Numbered from the stretch's first letter, positions 33,711 to 41,520 are shown. The stretch is DNA of 41,693 nucleotides from a virus (IMGVR_UViG_3300049009_000456:1-41693); one strand, 5' to 3'. Made by a program: numbers and translations. The notes: generated by a model not told the origin, from the sequence alone.

Positions 33711-33765
33711 GTTATTTCATGGGGCGCAAAGGCTGGCAACAAGAAAAGCGCGAAAGTTATCCACA
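33711..33765 (-). promoter_or_regulatory. Early promoter with an adjacent consensus DnaA box
   Basis: TTGCCA(33739-34)-N17-AATAAC; TTATCCACA at 33757-33765. Confidence 0.5.
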
Positions 33766-33849
33766 ATCGACACGAACCAAGGCAAGGCGAAAACCGCCAA
33801 ATAGCCGACGGCGGAGCTTGGTTTACAGAGTTAACTTAACGCCGATAAT

Positions 33850-33881
33850 GTGAGCCCCGGCTCACTTGGTACGTTATAACA
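33850..33881. repeat. Motif cluster 2: GTGAGC-CCCG-GCTCAC plus TGGTACGTTATAACA
   Basis: Same two elements as 31165..31202. Confidence 0.8.
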
Positions 33882-34000
33882 CTCGTAGCGCAGCTCGCGC
33901 CAGGCGATCGAGCAGGGGGCCTGGCCAGGGGGTTTTCGATCCCATATCGCCAAGAGATTTTTTCGCGCGCCATTCCAAATTCGTCTGCCGCGCCAGCGAA

Positions 34001-34444
34001 CTAAAATTCGTCTTCCATCTGGTCGGTAATCTGGTCCAGGGGCGTGCCCACGCTCTCGCCCTCTTCCACAACTTTGAACTCGCTTACCGGGGTCCCGCGG
34101 GCTCCTGTGCCCTTCTTGTACGACTTCGTGACCGATCGGTAGTTCCTGGGCGCCAGCTCGGGGATGCCCCCGTCGTGGCCCATGGGGTGATTGCTGCTCT
34201 CCTCCATGTCGAGGCCCGCCGCCACCAGCGTCTTCTCCGCTACGAATATCTCGGCCATGGCCTTCACGGCGACTGCAACCGCCGCCATGTCCTTCATGGG
34301 CCTCAAGCCCTCGTAGCACTCCACCGTGGTACGCTCCAGGAGCCTGCGCATGGCGCGCAGGGATGAAAACGCCTTGCGGTGCCTGCCCATCCTCAGATCA
34401 TCTCTGAGGGCCTCGAAATCAGGCTTGCTGGTGATCTCTGTCAT
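34001..34444 (-). CDS. Putative terminase small subunit
   Basis: 147 aa, helical centre, downstream of primase/origin; no other TerS candidate; positional inference. Confidence 0.45.
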   Translation of the reverse strand: MTEITSKPDFEALRDDLRMGRHRKAFSSLRAMRRLLERTTVECYEGLRPMKDMAAVAVAVKAMAEIFVAEKTLVAAGLDMEESSNHPMGHDGGIPELAPRNYRSVTKSYKKGTGARGTPVSEFKVVEEGESVGTPLDQITDQMEDEF

Positions 34445-34564
34445 CGAACCACCTTACATCACCCCCACCGCATCTGCAATCTACGGGCCGCCAACCACTG
34501 TTCGGCCAGCAGATCATCCTGAAGCGCAAACCAATCCCGCCTGCCGCAGACCGACGTAATAACA

Positions 34565-34805
34565 CTCTCTACCTCTATACCCCTCTTACTACCCCCCTTC
34601 ATAGGGGGGTGGTAGATAAGAGAGTATAGAGTTTTTCGGCAATTTATGTAATGATTTCAATGACTTATGCTTCATGAGGGCTAAAACGCCTTCGCATACC
34701 GTAGAAGCGTTTTATCGTGTGTTATCAATGACTTACACTAAAAAAGGCCCATTTTATTGGACCTTTTCGTAGTTTGCCGAATTATCGTTATATATCAAGG
34801 GCTTA
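34565..34805. other. Putative replication origin: long imperfect palindrome plus three IHF-type boxes in AT-rich DNA
   Basis: CTCTATAC...GTATAGAG hairpin 34573-34631; WATCAANNNNTTR matches at 34723 and 34793, near-match at 34655. Confidence 0.55.
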
Positions 34806-34831
34806 CGCTACACGCCACCCCTTGGTTCACT

Positions 34832-36805
34832 TCATTCCTGTGTGCTGTTTTCCTCAACTACCCTCTTGAAGCATAACCCATTGATATCACACAAGTATTT
34901 TGCAAGAGGGTGTTCGGCCTGAACTTCGCCTTTCTTGACGACGGCCTTGATGAAACGCCTCACGCCACCGCGATTTGCTTCAGGCCCCAGCTCGGTCATC
35001 ATGAAGTTCAGCACCTCGTCTCGCCCCAGTTCGAAATTGGGCGCCGCGGCCTCCATGACCTTTACCGCCGTCTGCGCCCTCAACTCATCGACCGCGATGA
35101 CCTGCATCTTGGCCGAGCTACCATTCTTCTCGGCTGCGGTATCTTTTTGTGCGTGGCGCTCCTGCTCGATCGGCTCGGCGCGCGAGATCACCAGGGAAGC
35201 TTCCTTCTCGTCGTCGCGCTCGCGGCCCGTTTCCACCTCCTCCAGCGCGATCTTCCACGCCTGCCCGATTGCGCCATCCTTCTGCCTCTCGACCTTCAGC
35301 GTGGCGCTATTCAGTCCGGTGCGCTTCACTGACAGGCCGGTGTCGAGGGCGTTCCACACCGCCGTGGAGCCGCGCCAGTCATGGCCGCCCTTGGGGGTAT
35401 GATGCACCAACAATACACAGCACCCGTACAACTTGCGAAATCCGTCACACGACTGCACCACCCTGCCCATGTCCCTGGCCGAGTTCTCGTCCTGCCCCGG
35501 CGCCGCTCGAGCCAGCGTATCCACCACGATCAGGGCAGGCACCTGGCCGCCCCAATTCTCCGCCACCGCGGTGTTGATGTCCTCGACAGCCTCCATGAGC
35601 TGATCGGTGTCGTCGAGGTTGATGCCGTCGAGGATCGCGAAGTTGTCCGTGATCGTGATGCCCCGCGTCTCGATCGCCAGGGCGCGCGGCTCCACACTTC
35701 CTTCACCGCTGATGAAGACAACTGGGCCATGCGCGACAGCCCTGCCGCCCCACGTTTCCACGCCGGTCGCGATCGCCGCGGCCATGTCGAGCGCAATAAA
35801 CGATTTGTAGGACCCACCGGGACCGTACAGCCCCGCCAGGCTCGACTTCGTGAGAAGGCCCCGCACTAGCCAAGCTGGCGGCGCACGACCCTTGCGCTCT
35901 GACCAAAGGCCAAGGCGCTTACGTCCTCCAGCGCCTTTAGCCTCGCCCACTTGCCGCGCTTCTCCAAGGTCGAAACCTTCGGCGGCTTTGTTGCGGCTTT
36001 CTTCGTTGATCGCGTCGATGCCGGGCTGGCGCTGCCCGTTGCGGTAGGCGGAACGGACTGTCGCATTGAACTCCTCGGGGTTTTCCTGACACAGGGGCGG
36101 GATGCCCGTGACACTCGGATACTCCTCCAGCACCTCGAATATCCTGGCCATGGACAGGCCCAGGTCCTTCAGGGTGCAGGCGGTCTTGAACACGGCCATG
36201 TTGCGCTCGCCTTCCTCGGGGGAAGGCAGGTCCTTGATGTACGCCAGCGCACGCTCGACGTTGGCGGGCTGGTCCAGCTCTACCCTCGGCGTTTCCCGGT
36301 CTTCGGAGACTTCACGCTTGCCCCTTTCGAGGGCTTGCATGAGGCTTCCGGGAGCCCCCATACAATCATCTGCAACGCAGGGCGGCTCATCCCCGTAAGC
36401 GTAGACGAAGCCAAGCCCTCCCTCTCCAGTTCCTCCTCGGGTATCAAGACCTTCACCGAGCAAACGCTGAACGGATGAAGGCGCGCTCCCGAGTAAAAAG
36501 ATATGACGCCCTCCCGAAGGGGTCGATTGTTGAGGGTATTCCCACGCTTCAAAGCCATGTTCTGCCTCCAGTTTGGCCAGCGACGTTTCACCGTCCTTGC
36601 CGTTCTTTACGTCCACGTCGATCACGAAGCAGCCCGCCAGACCCGGCACCGCCGCTACGCGCTTGTCTTCCCAGTCCCACGCCCGGATCGTGGCCTCGTC
36701 GGTGGTGGCCTTCTTCTGCCACTCCGTCAGCGTGGGTACGCCATTGTTATTGCAGGGGAATACCGGCCACCCATGCCTAGCCCAGGCCAATGCACGATCG
36801 AGCAT
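34832..36805 (-). CDS. Bifunctional primase-polymerase fused to an AAA_25/RepA-type helicase
   Basis: GWPVFPC, VIDVDVK, TPSGGRH, LDTRG, EGERN; GPGGSYKS, IVVDTLAR, LLVHH, RGS. Confidence 0.92.
   Translation of the reverse strand: MLDRALAWARHGWPVFPCNNNGVPTLTEWQKKATTDEATIRAWDWEDKRVAAVPGLAGCFVIDVDVKNGKDGETSLAKLEAEHGFEAWEYPQQSTPSGGRHIFLLGSAPSSVQRLLGEGLDTRGGTGEGGLGFVYAYGDEPPCVADDCMGAPGSLMQALERGKREVSEDRETPRVELDQPANVERALAYIKDLPSPEEGERNMAVFKTACTLKDLGLSMARIFEVLEEYPSVTGIPPLCQENPEEFNATVRSAYRNGQRQPGIDAINEESRNKAAEGFDLGEARQVGEAKGAGGRKRLGLWSERKGRAPPAWLVRGLLTKSSLAGLYGPGGSYKSFIALDMAAAIATGVETWGGRAVAHGPVVFISGEGSVEPRALAIETRGITITDNFAILDGINLDDTDQLMEAVEDINTAVAENWGGQVPALIVVDTLARAAPGQDENSARDMGRVVQSCDGFRKLYGCCVLLVHHTPKGGHDWRGSTAVWNALDTGLSVKRTGLNSATLKVERQKDGAIGQAWKIALEEVETGRERDDEKEASLVISRAEPIEQERHAQKDTAAEKNGSSAKMQVIAVDELRAQTAVKVMEAAAPNFELGRDEVLNFMMTELGPEANRGGVRRFIKAVVKKGEVQAEHPLAKYLCDINGLCFKRVVEENSTQE
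35866..36066 (-). CDS. Candidate overprinted 66-aa basic ORF (+1 frame in primase)
   Basis: GAGGAG 4 nt upstream; codon patch in the interdomain linker. Confidence 0.4.
   Translation of the reverse strand: MRQSVPPTATGSASPASTRSTKKAATKPPKVSTLEKRGKWARLKALEDVSALAFGQSARVVRRQLG
36280..36558 (-). CDS. Candidate overprinted 92-aa ORF (+1 frame in primase)
   Basis: GGAGG 6 nt upstream of the ATG; T/A-ending host codons begin here. Confidence 0.55.
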   Translation of the reverse strand: MALKRGNTLNNRPLREGVISFYSGARLHPFSVCSVKVLIPEEELEREGLASSTLTGMSRPALQMIVWGLPEASCKPSKGASVKSPKTGKRRG

Positions 36806-37182
36806 TACTTATCTGTCTCCTTCGATGCGATGTGGCGAGGCGGGTAGCCGTGGCGCTGCATGACCGCATCGCGTTCTGTGTCGATCAGGCGGCCATAGGC
36901 CTCGATACACTGCGAGATTTGGCGTGCGCTGCGGCATTTCTTTAGCGCATCCATCAGGCGTTGATATATCGGTGCCTCGGCGGCGGAAATGTCTCGATGC
37001 AGGGGCGTCAGTTCCTCGCTCATCTCTCCGTCTCCTTCGATGCTGTGGCGAGGTGGGACTGCAGGTAAACCCGCGGCATCGGGTGTCTTCATGCAAGCCT
37101 TTCCCCACGCGCAGAGAGGGAAGCCACACGTGACGTTGTTGTGTAAGCATCCTTTCTTGGATGTGCAGTCGTGGTCGCTCAT
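36805..37182 (-). CDS. Fusion of a Cys-rich cassette with a 72-aa cassette (internal start at 37023)
   Basis: Two in-frame ATGs sharing the same 21-bp RBS/start block. Confidence 0.65.
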   Translation of the reverse strand: MSDHDCTSKKGCLHNNVTCGFPLCAWGKACMKTPDAAGLPAVPPRHSIEGDGEMSEELTPLHRDISAAEAPIYQRLMDALKKCRSARQISQCIEAYGRLIDTERDAVMQRHGYPPRHIASKETDK

Positions 37183-37460
37183 CTCTCCGTCTCCTCCTTC
37201 GATACTGCGAGCATGGCGGTCCACGTTTCAACCGCATCCGACGACAAATTGAAAATCTCACGATTGCCCGCCGCACGCATCGCCTCTGTCGGTTTGACCG
37301 GCACCACCGCCAGCCCGTTGGCGGCAAGGTGCGATTCGTAGGCGGTGAAGGCGGCTTCGCACAATTTAGACGCATCGTCCTTGTGCCAGAAACTTGACCA
37401 CGCGACTGATCCAAACATCGCGTCGCGCATCACCTCTATGATCTTGTCGCGGTTGCTCAT
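37179..37460 (-). CDS. Small accessory protein with VVPVKPTEAMRAAG motif (Ead/Ea22-like module)
   Basis: AAGGAG SD; ATGA coupling at both ends. Confidence 0.75.
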   Translation of the reverse strand: MSNRDKIIEVMRDAMFGSVAWSSFWHKDDASKLCEAAFTAYESHLAANGLAVVPVKPTEAMRAAGNREIFNLSSDAVETWTAMLAVSKEETER

Positions 37461-37825
37461 TTCTTCACTCCTTTGGTTCGCTTGCGTCTTTCGTAGTCGC
37501 GCTGCCAGGCAAGGCGGCGTTCTCTTTCTTCGGTGGTTTCGAGAAGACGACTGAAACGGGTCGCAGCAATCTGGCGTTTGTACCAAAGCTTCTCACGAGG
37601 CATTGTACGTGTTCCGCCGCGACTCGTTGATGATCCACGGCGCCGGGCTTTAGCACACTCCAGAACTTCTCCGAGCAGAACACGATCGCCCATCTCCTTC
37701 CCCCAGCGCGGGACTACTTTCAGAAAACCGCTTTGTATCCAACGGCTTACGGTCTTGGGGTACACCCTGGCCACGCGGGCGGCCTGCTCGACGGTCAGCA
37801 CCCGGCGTAGGTTTATCTCATCCAT
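37457..37825 (-). CDS. HTH DNA-binding protein (excisionase/MerR-like) with basic tail
   Basis: LTVEQAARVARVYPKTVSRWIQSGFLK; first gene at the divergent promoter. Confidence 0.8.
   Translation of the reverse strand: MDEINLRRVLTVEQAARVARVYPKTVSRWIQSGFLKVVPRWGKEMGDRVLLGEVLECAKARRRGSSTSRGGTRTMPREKLWYKRQIAATRFSRLLETTEERERRLAWQRDYERRKRTKGVKK
37465..37683 (-). CDS. Candidate overprinted 72-aa ORF (+1 frame in the HTH gene tail)
   Basis: AAGGAG 10 nt upstream of GTG; host codons atypical across the span. Confidence 0.4.
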   Translation of the reverse strand: MFCSEKFWSVLKPGAVDHQRVAAEHVQCLVRSFGTNARLLRPVSVVFSKPPKKENAALPGSATTKDASEPKE

Positions 37826-37899
37826 GATAGCCGAAAAGAAGCCCCTTGTGCCAGTACCGTATAGCACGCTACAATTATTGCGTCGAATTTGGAGGGTTA
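37826..37899. promoter_or_regulatory. Divergent promoter region
   Basis: + strand TTGTGC-N18-TACAAT (37846-37875); genes diverge here. Confidence 0.6.
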
Positions 37900-38079
37900 A
37901 TGGCATCGTCTTTTCGTCTGGAACTGGTCGTCACACGCCGCCAGGTGTCTGACGAGGACTTCGATGACGCGCTCGACAAGCTGCGCGAGATCAAGACCGT
38001 AGCCGACGCCCGCGGCTACGTCCTGCACTACGCCCTGGCGATCTCCGACGACACAGACAAGAAGGACAAACAGAACTAG
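37900..38079 (+). CDS. 59-aa hypothetical protein
   Basis: GGAGGG SD, normal codon usage. Confidence 0.75.
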   Translation: MASSFRLELVVTRRQVSDEDFDDALDKLREIKTVADARGYVLHYALAISDDTDKKDKQN

Positions 38080-39698
38080 TGCTGCTCACACTCAACAACG
38101 ACGTCTACCTTTGGGGCGGGCGCGAAGCTGAAGTCGAGACACTGGCCAAGGATGCCGGTCTAACTCTCTCGACCACGGCTTCGCGCTCGCGCGGGCATAA
38201 CGTCTACTTCACGCCCGAGCCGCACGCGGTCCTGCATCTGTGGAACCACGCCGACGAGAAGGCCAGGGCCGCGCTGCAACCACTGCGTACCGAGTGGGAG
38301 CGCTCCAATATGAACGAGGCGCCCAAGGGTTTTCATGTCCCGGTGCCAGAGTTCTGTGAATTGATGCCATTTCAGATTGCAGGCGTGCATTATGCTAGAG
38401 ACAGAAGTAACTGCCTTATTGGGGATGCACCGGGTCTTGGTAAGACGATCCAAGCCATCGCCCTGGCTAATCTGCGAGGATGCAAAAGGGTCCTTGTGGT
38501 TTGTCCAGCCAACGTGCGCCCCCAGTGGGCTCGCCAAATTAAAATTTGGTCTACGTTGCCGAAAGTCGTCGTCTATCCGGTGTTCAAGTCTTCAGACGGG
38601 GTACACCCGACCGCGAACTACGTCATCACGAGCTTCGAAGTAGCCCGCGACGGGCTATGGGACACACTGCGCTCCTACAACTGGGACCTGTTGGTGATCG
38701 ATGAAGGACATTATCTCAAGACCCCTGACGCCGCGAGAACTCGAGCGCTTTTTGGTGCTAGCAGGCAGAGTAAATGTCGCTATGCTGGAACTGGCGGCAT
38801 TTCTGAACGAGCCGAGCAGATCGTTGCCCTCACTGGAACTCCTCTGCCCAACCGACCCCGCGAATGCTATACGTTGGCAAATGCACTGGACCCCTCGTCC
38901 GTCGACTGGATGAATTTCAATTCGTTCAAGGACCGCTTCAATCCCGGAGGCCGCGACATGGACAGTGGGGCGACGTGGGAATACACCGCTCGCCTGCCCG
39001 AGTTGAACGCCCGTCTGCGCTGTAACTTCATGGTGCGGCGCTTGAAAGAAGACGTGCTGAAGGACCTCCCGGCCAAGCGGTACGAGATCGTGCCGGTGGA
39101 GATGACGGGCAAGATCGCGATGGCCCTGCACGCCGAGAAGATGCTCGATTTCGACGAAGAAGAAATGCTGCGTAGATCGGGAGGCAAGATCGATGGAGCA
39201 ATATCCACGGTACGAAGGCAGATGGGTGAGGCTATGGCGCCAGCGGTCCTGGAACATCTACTTATCCTCCTCGACGGAGGGGTCGAAAAGCTCGTTGTAT
39301 TCGCGCACCATCATGCTGTCCTGGCTGTCCTCCAGAATGGATTGGCCGCGCATGGTGTCCTGCGCGTGGACGGTAACACCAGCGCGAAGGGGAAGCACGG
39401 GGCGGTCGAGAAGTTTAAGTTTGACCCTCGGCTGAAGGTGTTCCTCGGGCAGATGCAGTCGATCGCCACGGGCACGGACGGCCTTCAAGATGTGGCTTCA
39501 CATTGTGTGTTTGCGGAGCAGTCTTGGATTTTTGGTGAAAACGAGCAGGCTGTCGATCGCCTGCATCGCATGGGCCAGAAGGGTTCGGTCCTGGCGCAGC
39601 TCATGGTGGCGCCTGGGTCTATTTCGGAACGCATCCTTGGGCGAAGCATTTCCAAGGGACGCACCGTGCAGAAAGTTTTGGACGGCCAGCCAGCGTAG
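38079..39698 (+). CDS. SNF2-family helicase
   Basis: LMPFQ, DAPGLGKT, LVVCP, IDEGH, LTGTP, MVRRLK, QAVDRLHRMGQ. Confidence 0.95.
   Translation: MLLTLNNDVYLWGGREAEVETLAKDAGLTLSTTASRSRGHNVYFTPEPHAVLHLWNHADEKARAALQPLRTEWERSNMNEAPKGFHVPVPEFCELMPFQIAGVHYARDRSNCLIGDAPGLGKTIQAIALANLRGCKRVLVVCPANVRPQWARQIKIWSTLPKVVVYPVFKSSDGVHPTANYVITSFEVARDGLWDTLRSYNWDLLVIDEGHYLKTPDAARTRALFGASRQSKCRYAGTGGISERAEQIVALTGTPLPNRPRECYTLANALDPSSVDWMNFNSFKDRFNPGGRDMDSGATWEYTARLPELNARLRCNFMVRRLKEDVLKDLPAKRYEIVPVEMTGKIAMALHAEKMLDFDEEEMLRRSGGKIDGAISTVRRQMGEAMAPAVLEHLLILLDGGVEKLVVFAHHHAVLAVLQNGLAAHGVLRVDGNTSAKGKHGAVEKFKFDPRLKVFLGQMQSIATGTDGLQDVASHCVFAEQSWIFGENEQAVDRLHRMGQKGSVLAQLMVAPGSISERILGRSISKGRTVQKVLDGQPA
38392..38643 (+). 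CDS. Candidate overprinted 83-aa ORF (+1 frame in helicase)
   Basis: Strong T/A-ending codon patch over motifs I-Ia; SD weak. Confidence 0.4.
   Translation: MLETEVTALLGMHRVLVRRSKPSPWLICEDAKGSLWFVQPTCAPSGLAKLKFGLRCRKSSSIRCSSLQTGYTRPRTTSSRASK
38701..38913 (+). CDS. Candidate overprinted 70-aa helical ORF (+1 frame in helicase)
   Basis: GGTGATC (anti-SD complement) at 38693-38699; amphipathic LTPRELERFLVLAGRVNVAMLELAAFLNE; patch starts at the ATG. Confidence 0.55.
   Translation: MKDIISRPLTPRELERFLVLAGRVNVAMLELAAFLNEPSRSLPSLELLCPTDPANAIRWQMHWTPRPSTG
39193..39435 (+). CDS. Candidate overprinted 80-aa ORF (+1 frame in helicase)
   Basis: GGGAGG 8 nt upstream; patch boundaries match. Confidence 0.5.
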   Translation: MEQYPRYEGRWVRLWRQRSWNIYLSSSTEGSKSSLYSRTIMLSWLSSRMDWPRMVSCAWTVTPARRGSTGRSRSLSLTLG

Positions 39699-39702
39699 TT
39701 GA
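39490..39702 (+). CDS. Candidate overprinted 70-aa ORF (+1 frame in helicase)
   Basis: T-ending patch begins at the ATG; GGACGG upstream. Confidence 0.35.
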   Translation: MWLHIVCLRSSLGFLVKTSRLSIACIAWARRVRSWRSSWWRLGLFRNASLGEAFPRDAPCRKFWTASQRS

Positions 39703-39729
39703 CAGCGTACCCGATAATATCCGATAATA
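39699..39729 (+). promoter_or_regulatory. sigma70-like promoter with tandem CCGATAATA
   Basis: TTGACA-N18-GATAAT. Confidence 0.6.
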
Positions 39730-39763
39730 AATAACTCCAGAATTTCACCACCAGAGGGTTAAC

Positions 39764-40351
39764 ATGACCGACGTGCCATTCGTGATCTCGGCTTCCTTTT
39801 CCAAGACGGTGCAGACGGCTCCCTACGAAAGCGAGAAGGCCGAGATTTCGGCGCAGTGCAAGGTCGAGGACGGCGCCGACGCCCAGGCCACGATCGAGGG
39901 CACCATGAGCATGGTGAAGCGCCAGGTTCTCATCGCGCTGGGCAAGGAAGCCGGTACGCTCGTCGCCGTGGCCACCGACCCGCAGAAGCGTGGCCCCGGT
40001 CGTCCGCGCAAGGATACCACCGCAGAAATGGAGAAGACCGTCGAGAAGGCGGCCCCGCAGGTGGTTCCCGACAAGGCGGTCGAGGACGCCGCCCAGCCGA
40101 AGCCCGAGCCGGAAGCCGACGACGACTTCGGTGATCCCGCCGACCGCAAGATCGAGGAGATCACCGACAAGCAGCTCCAGGAAGCCTGCGGCGCCGCGTC
40201 GAAGAAGCCGGGCATGGATGCGGCCAAGGTGAAGAAACTGTTCAACAACAAGTACGGCACCACCTTGGTGGCCAAGATCAAGCCCGAGGAGCGCGCGGCG
40301 TTCCTCGCTGACCTCGCCAACCTCGTCGCCGCCAGCAAGCCGCAGGAGTAG
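39764..40351 (+). CDS. Acidic replication-module protein with an AT-hook-like motif
   Basis: KRGPGRPRK; helical C-terminus (KVKKLF..YG..LVAKIKPEERAAFL) like genes that usually precede DUF2800. Confidence 0.7.
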   Translation: MTDVPFVISASFSKTVQTAPYESEKAEISAQCKVEDGADAQATIEGTMSMVKRQVLIALGKEAGTLVAVATDPQKRGPGRPRKDTTAEMEKTVEKAAPQVVPDKAVEDAAQPKPEPEADDDFGDPADRKIEEITDKQLQEACGAASKKPGMDAAKVKKLFNNKYGTTLVAKIKPEERAAFLADLANLVAASKPQE

Positions 40352-40353
40352 CA

Positions 40354-41118
40354 ATGACCACACTAGCAGAGCGGAATAACAACCCGCTGAACATTCGCCC
40401 CCTGCCGCAGGGTCAGACCTGGCAGGGCCAGACCGGGGTCGATCGCAACTCGGTCACGGGCGCCTTCTGCGTGTTCGAAAACAACGTCATGGGCGTGCGT
40501 GCCGCGGTCGTGAACATGCGCTCCTATGTCAAGTTCGCGGGGGTGAAGACCCTGCGCGACGTCATCTACCGCTGGGCTCCTCCCCCGCCCGGTGGGGAGA
40601 TATTGGGTCAGGCGGGCAGTGCGGTCGGCGGCGTGGACATGAACCACACCGCGGCGTACCTCGCCTCTGTCTGCGCCGAAACCGGCCTGCCATCCGACTT
40701 CGACATGACGGCCATCGTGGCGCCCGACCCCTCGCCGTACTGGCGCGGTAAACTGGCAGGGATCATCCGTGCCATGAACCGGGTCGAGGCGGGCAAGTCC
40801 ACAATCACGATCGAGGAGGCCCGTGAAGGCGTCGACAAGGCGCTCGGCCTGCCCAAGGGCTACGTGCGGCAGGACGACGGCAACATGATCCGCGAGGACA
40901 TGAGCCAGTCCAAGACGCTCAAGATCAACACCGAGGGCCAGATCGCGAACGTCGCGGCCACCGGGGTCAGCGCGGTCACGGCCCTGTCGGTCATCAGCGA
41001 CTGGAAGATCGCGGCCATCGTGGCCGGGATCATCGTGCTGGGCGGCGTCGGCGTGGCGGGTTACTTCTGGATGTTGCGTAAGGACCGCAAGAAGATGAAC
41101 GAGGACGGCATTGCCTAG
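40354..41118 (+). CDS. Putative endolysin (RNNNPxNIR family) with C-terminal membrane anchor, allele B
   Basis: RNNNPLNIR, TLRDVIYRWAP, NHTAAY, AMNRVE; hydrophobic C-terminus then RKDRKK; upstream of spanins. Confidence 0.7.
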   Translation: MTTLAERNNNPLNIRPLPQGQTWQGQTGVDRNSVTGAFCVFENNVMGVRAAVVNMRSYVKFAGVKTLRDVIYRWAPPPPGGEILGQAGSAVGGVDMNHTAAYLASVCAETGLPSDFDMTAIVAPDPSPYWRGKLAGIIRAMNRVEAGKSTITIEEAREGVDKALGLPKGYVRQDDGNMIREDMSQSKTLKINTEGQIANVAATGVSAVTALSVISDWKIAAIVAGIIVLGGVGVAGYFWMLRKDRKKMNEDGIA

Positions 41119-41275
41119 CAAGCGAGAGATCATCCCAGACCTGGAGCGTGCGGACTTCGCGTTCCTGGTTCCGGGCCTCGACGGCCTAACCCTGAAACTC
41201 CCCTACGCCAAGTGGGCCGAGTTTCATGCGGCGCTGGGCGCGGAGCTGGCCAAGCGCATGAGGCTGGAAACGTGA
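41111..41275 (+). CDS. 54-aa hypothetical protein, allele B
   Basis: Homologue of 588..752. Confidence 0.8.
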   Translation: MPSKREIIPDLERADFAFLVPGLDGLTLKLPYAKWAEFHAALGAELAKRMRLET

Positions 41276-41520
41276 GGTGGTTCCTGACCCTGTGGCCAAA
41301 GATAAAGCTTTGGGCGATCGGCGCGGGACTTGCGCTGGTGTTCGTCGGCATACTAATATGGAGGGTCTTCGACGCCGGGCGCAACGAGGAGAAGATCAAG
41401 CAGGTTGAAGCGCAGTTGACCAACATTCGCCGGGCGGCAGAGGCCCGCGCGCAGGAGAGAGGGAAGCCTACCAATGCTGAAGTGGACGAATTTAATAGGG
41501 ATCGCTGGGGTCCTCGCTAG
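41272..41520 (+). CDS. Rz-like i-spanin, allele B
   Basis: GTG start coupled to the upstream stop; TM plus coiled coil. Confidence 0.75.
   Translation: MRWFLTLWPKIKLWAIGAGLALVFVGILIWRVFDAGRNEEKIKQVEAQLTNIRRAAEARAQERGKPTNAEVDEFNRDRWGPR

Noticed and set aside
37457-37825. Excisionase implying lysogeny
   Set aside because: No integrase, att site or CI-like repressor found; more likely a transcription or replication regulator.
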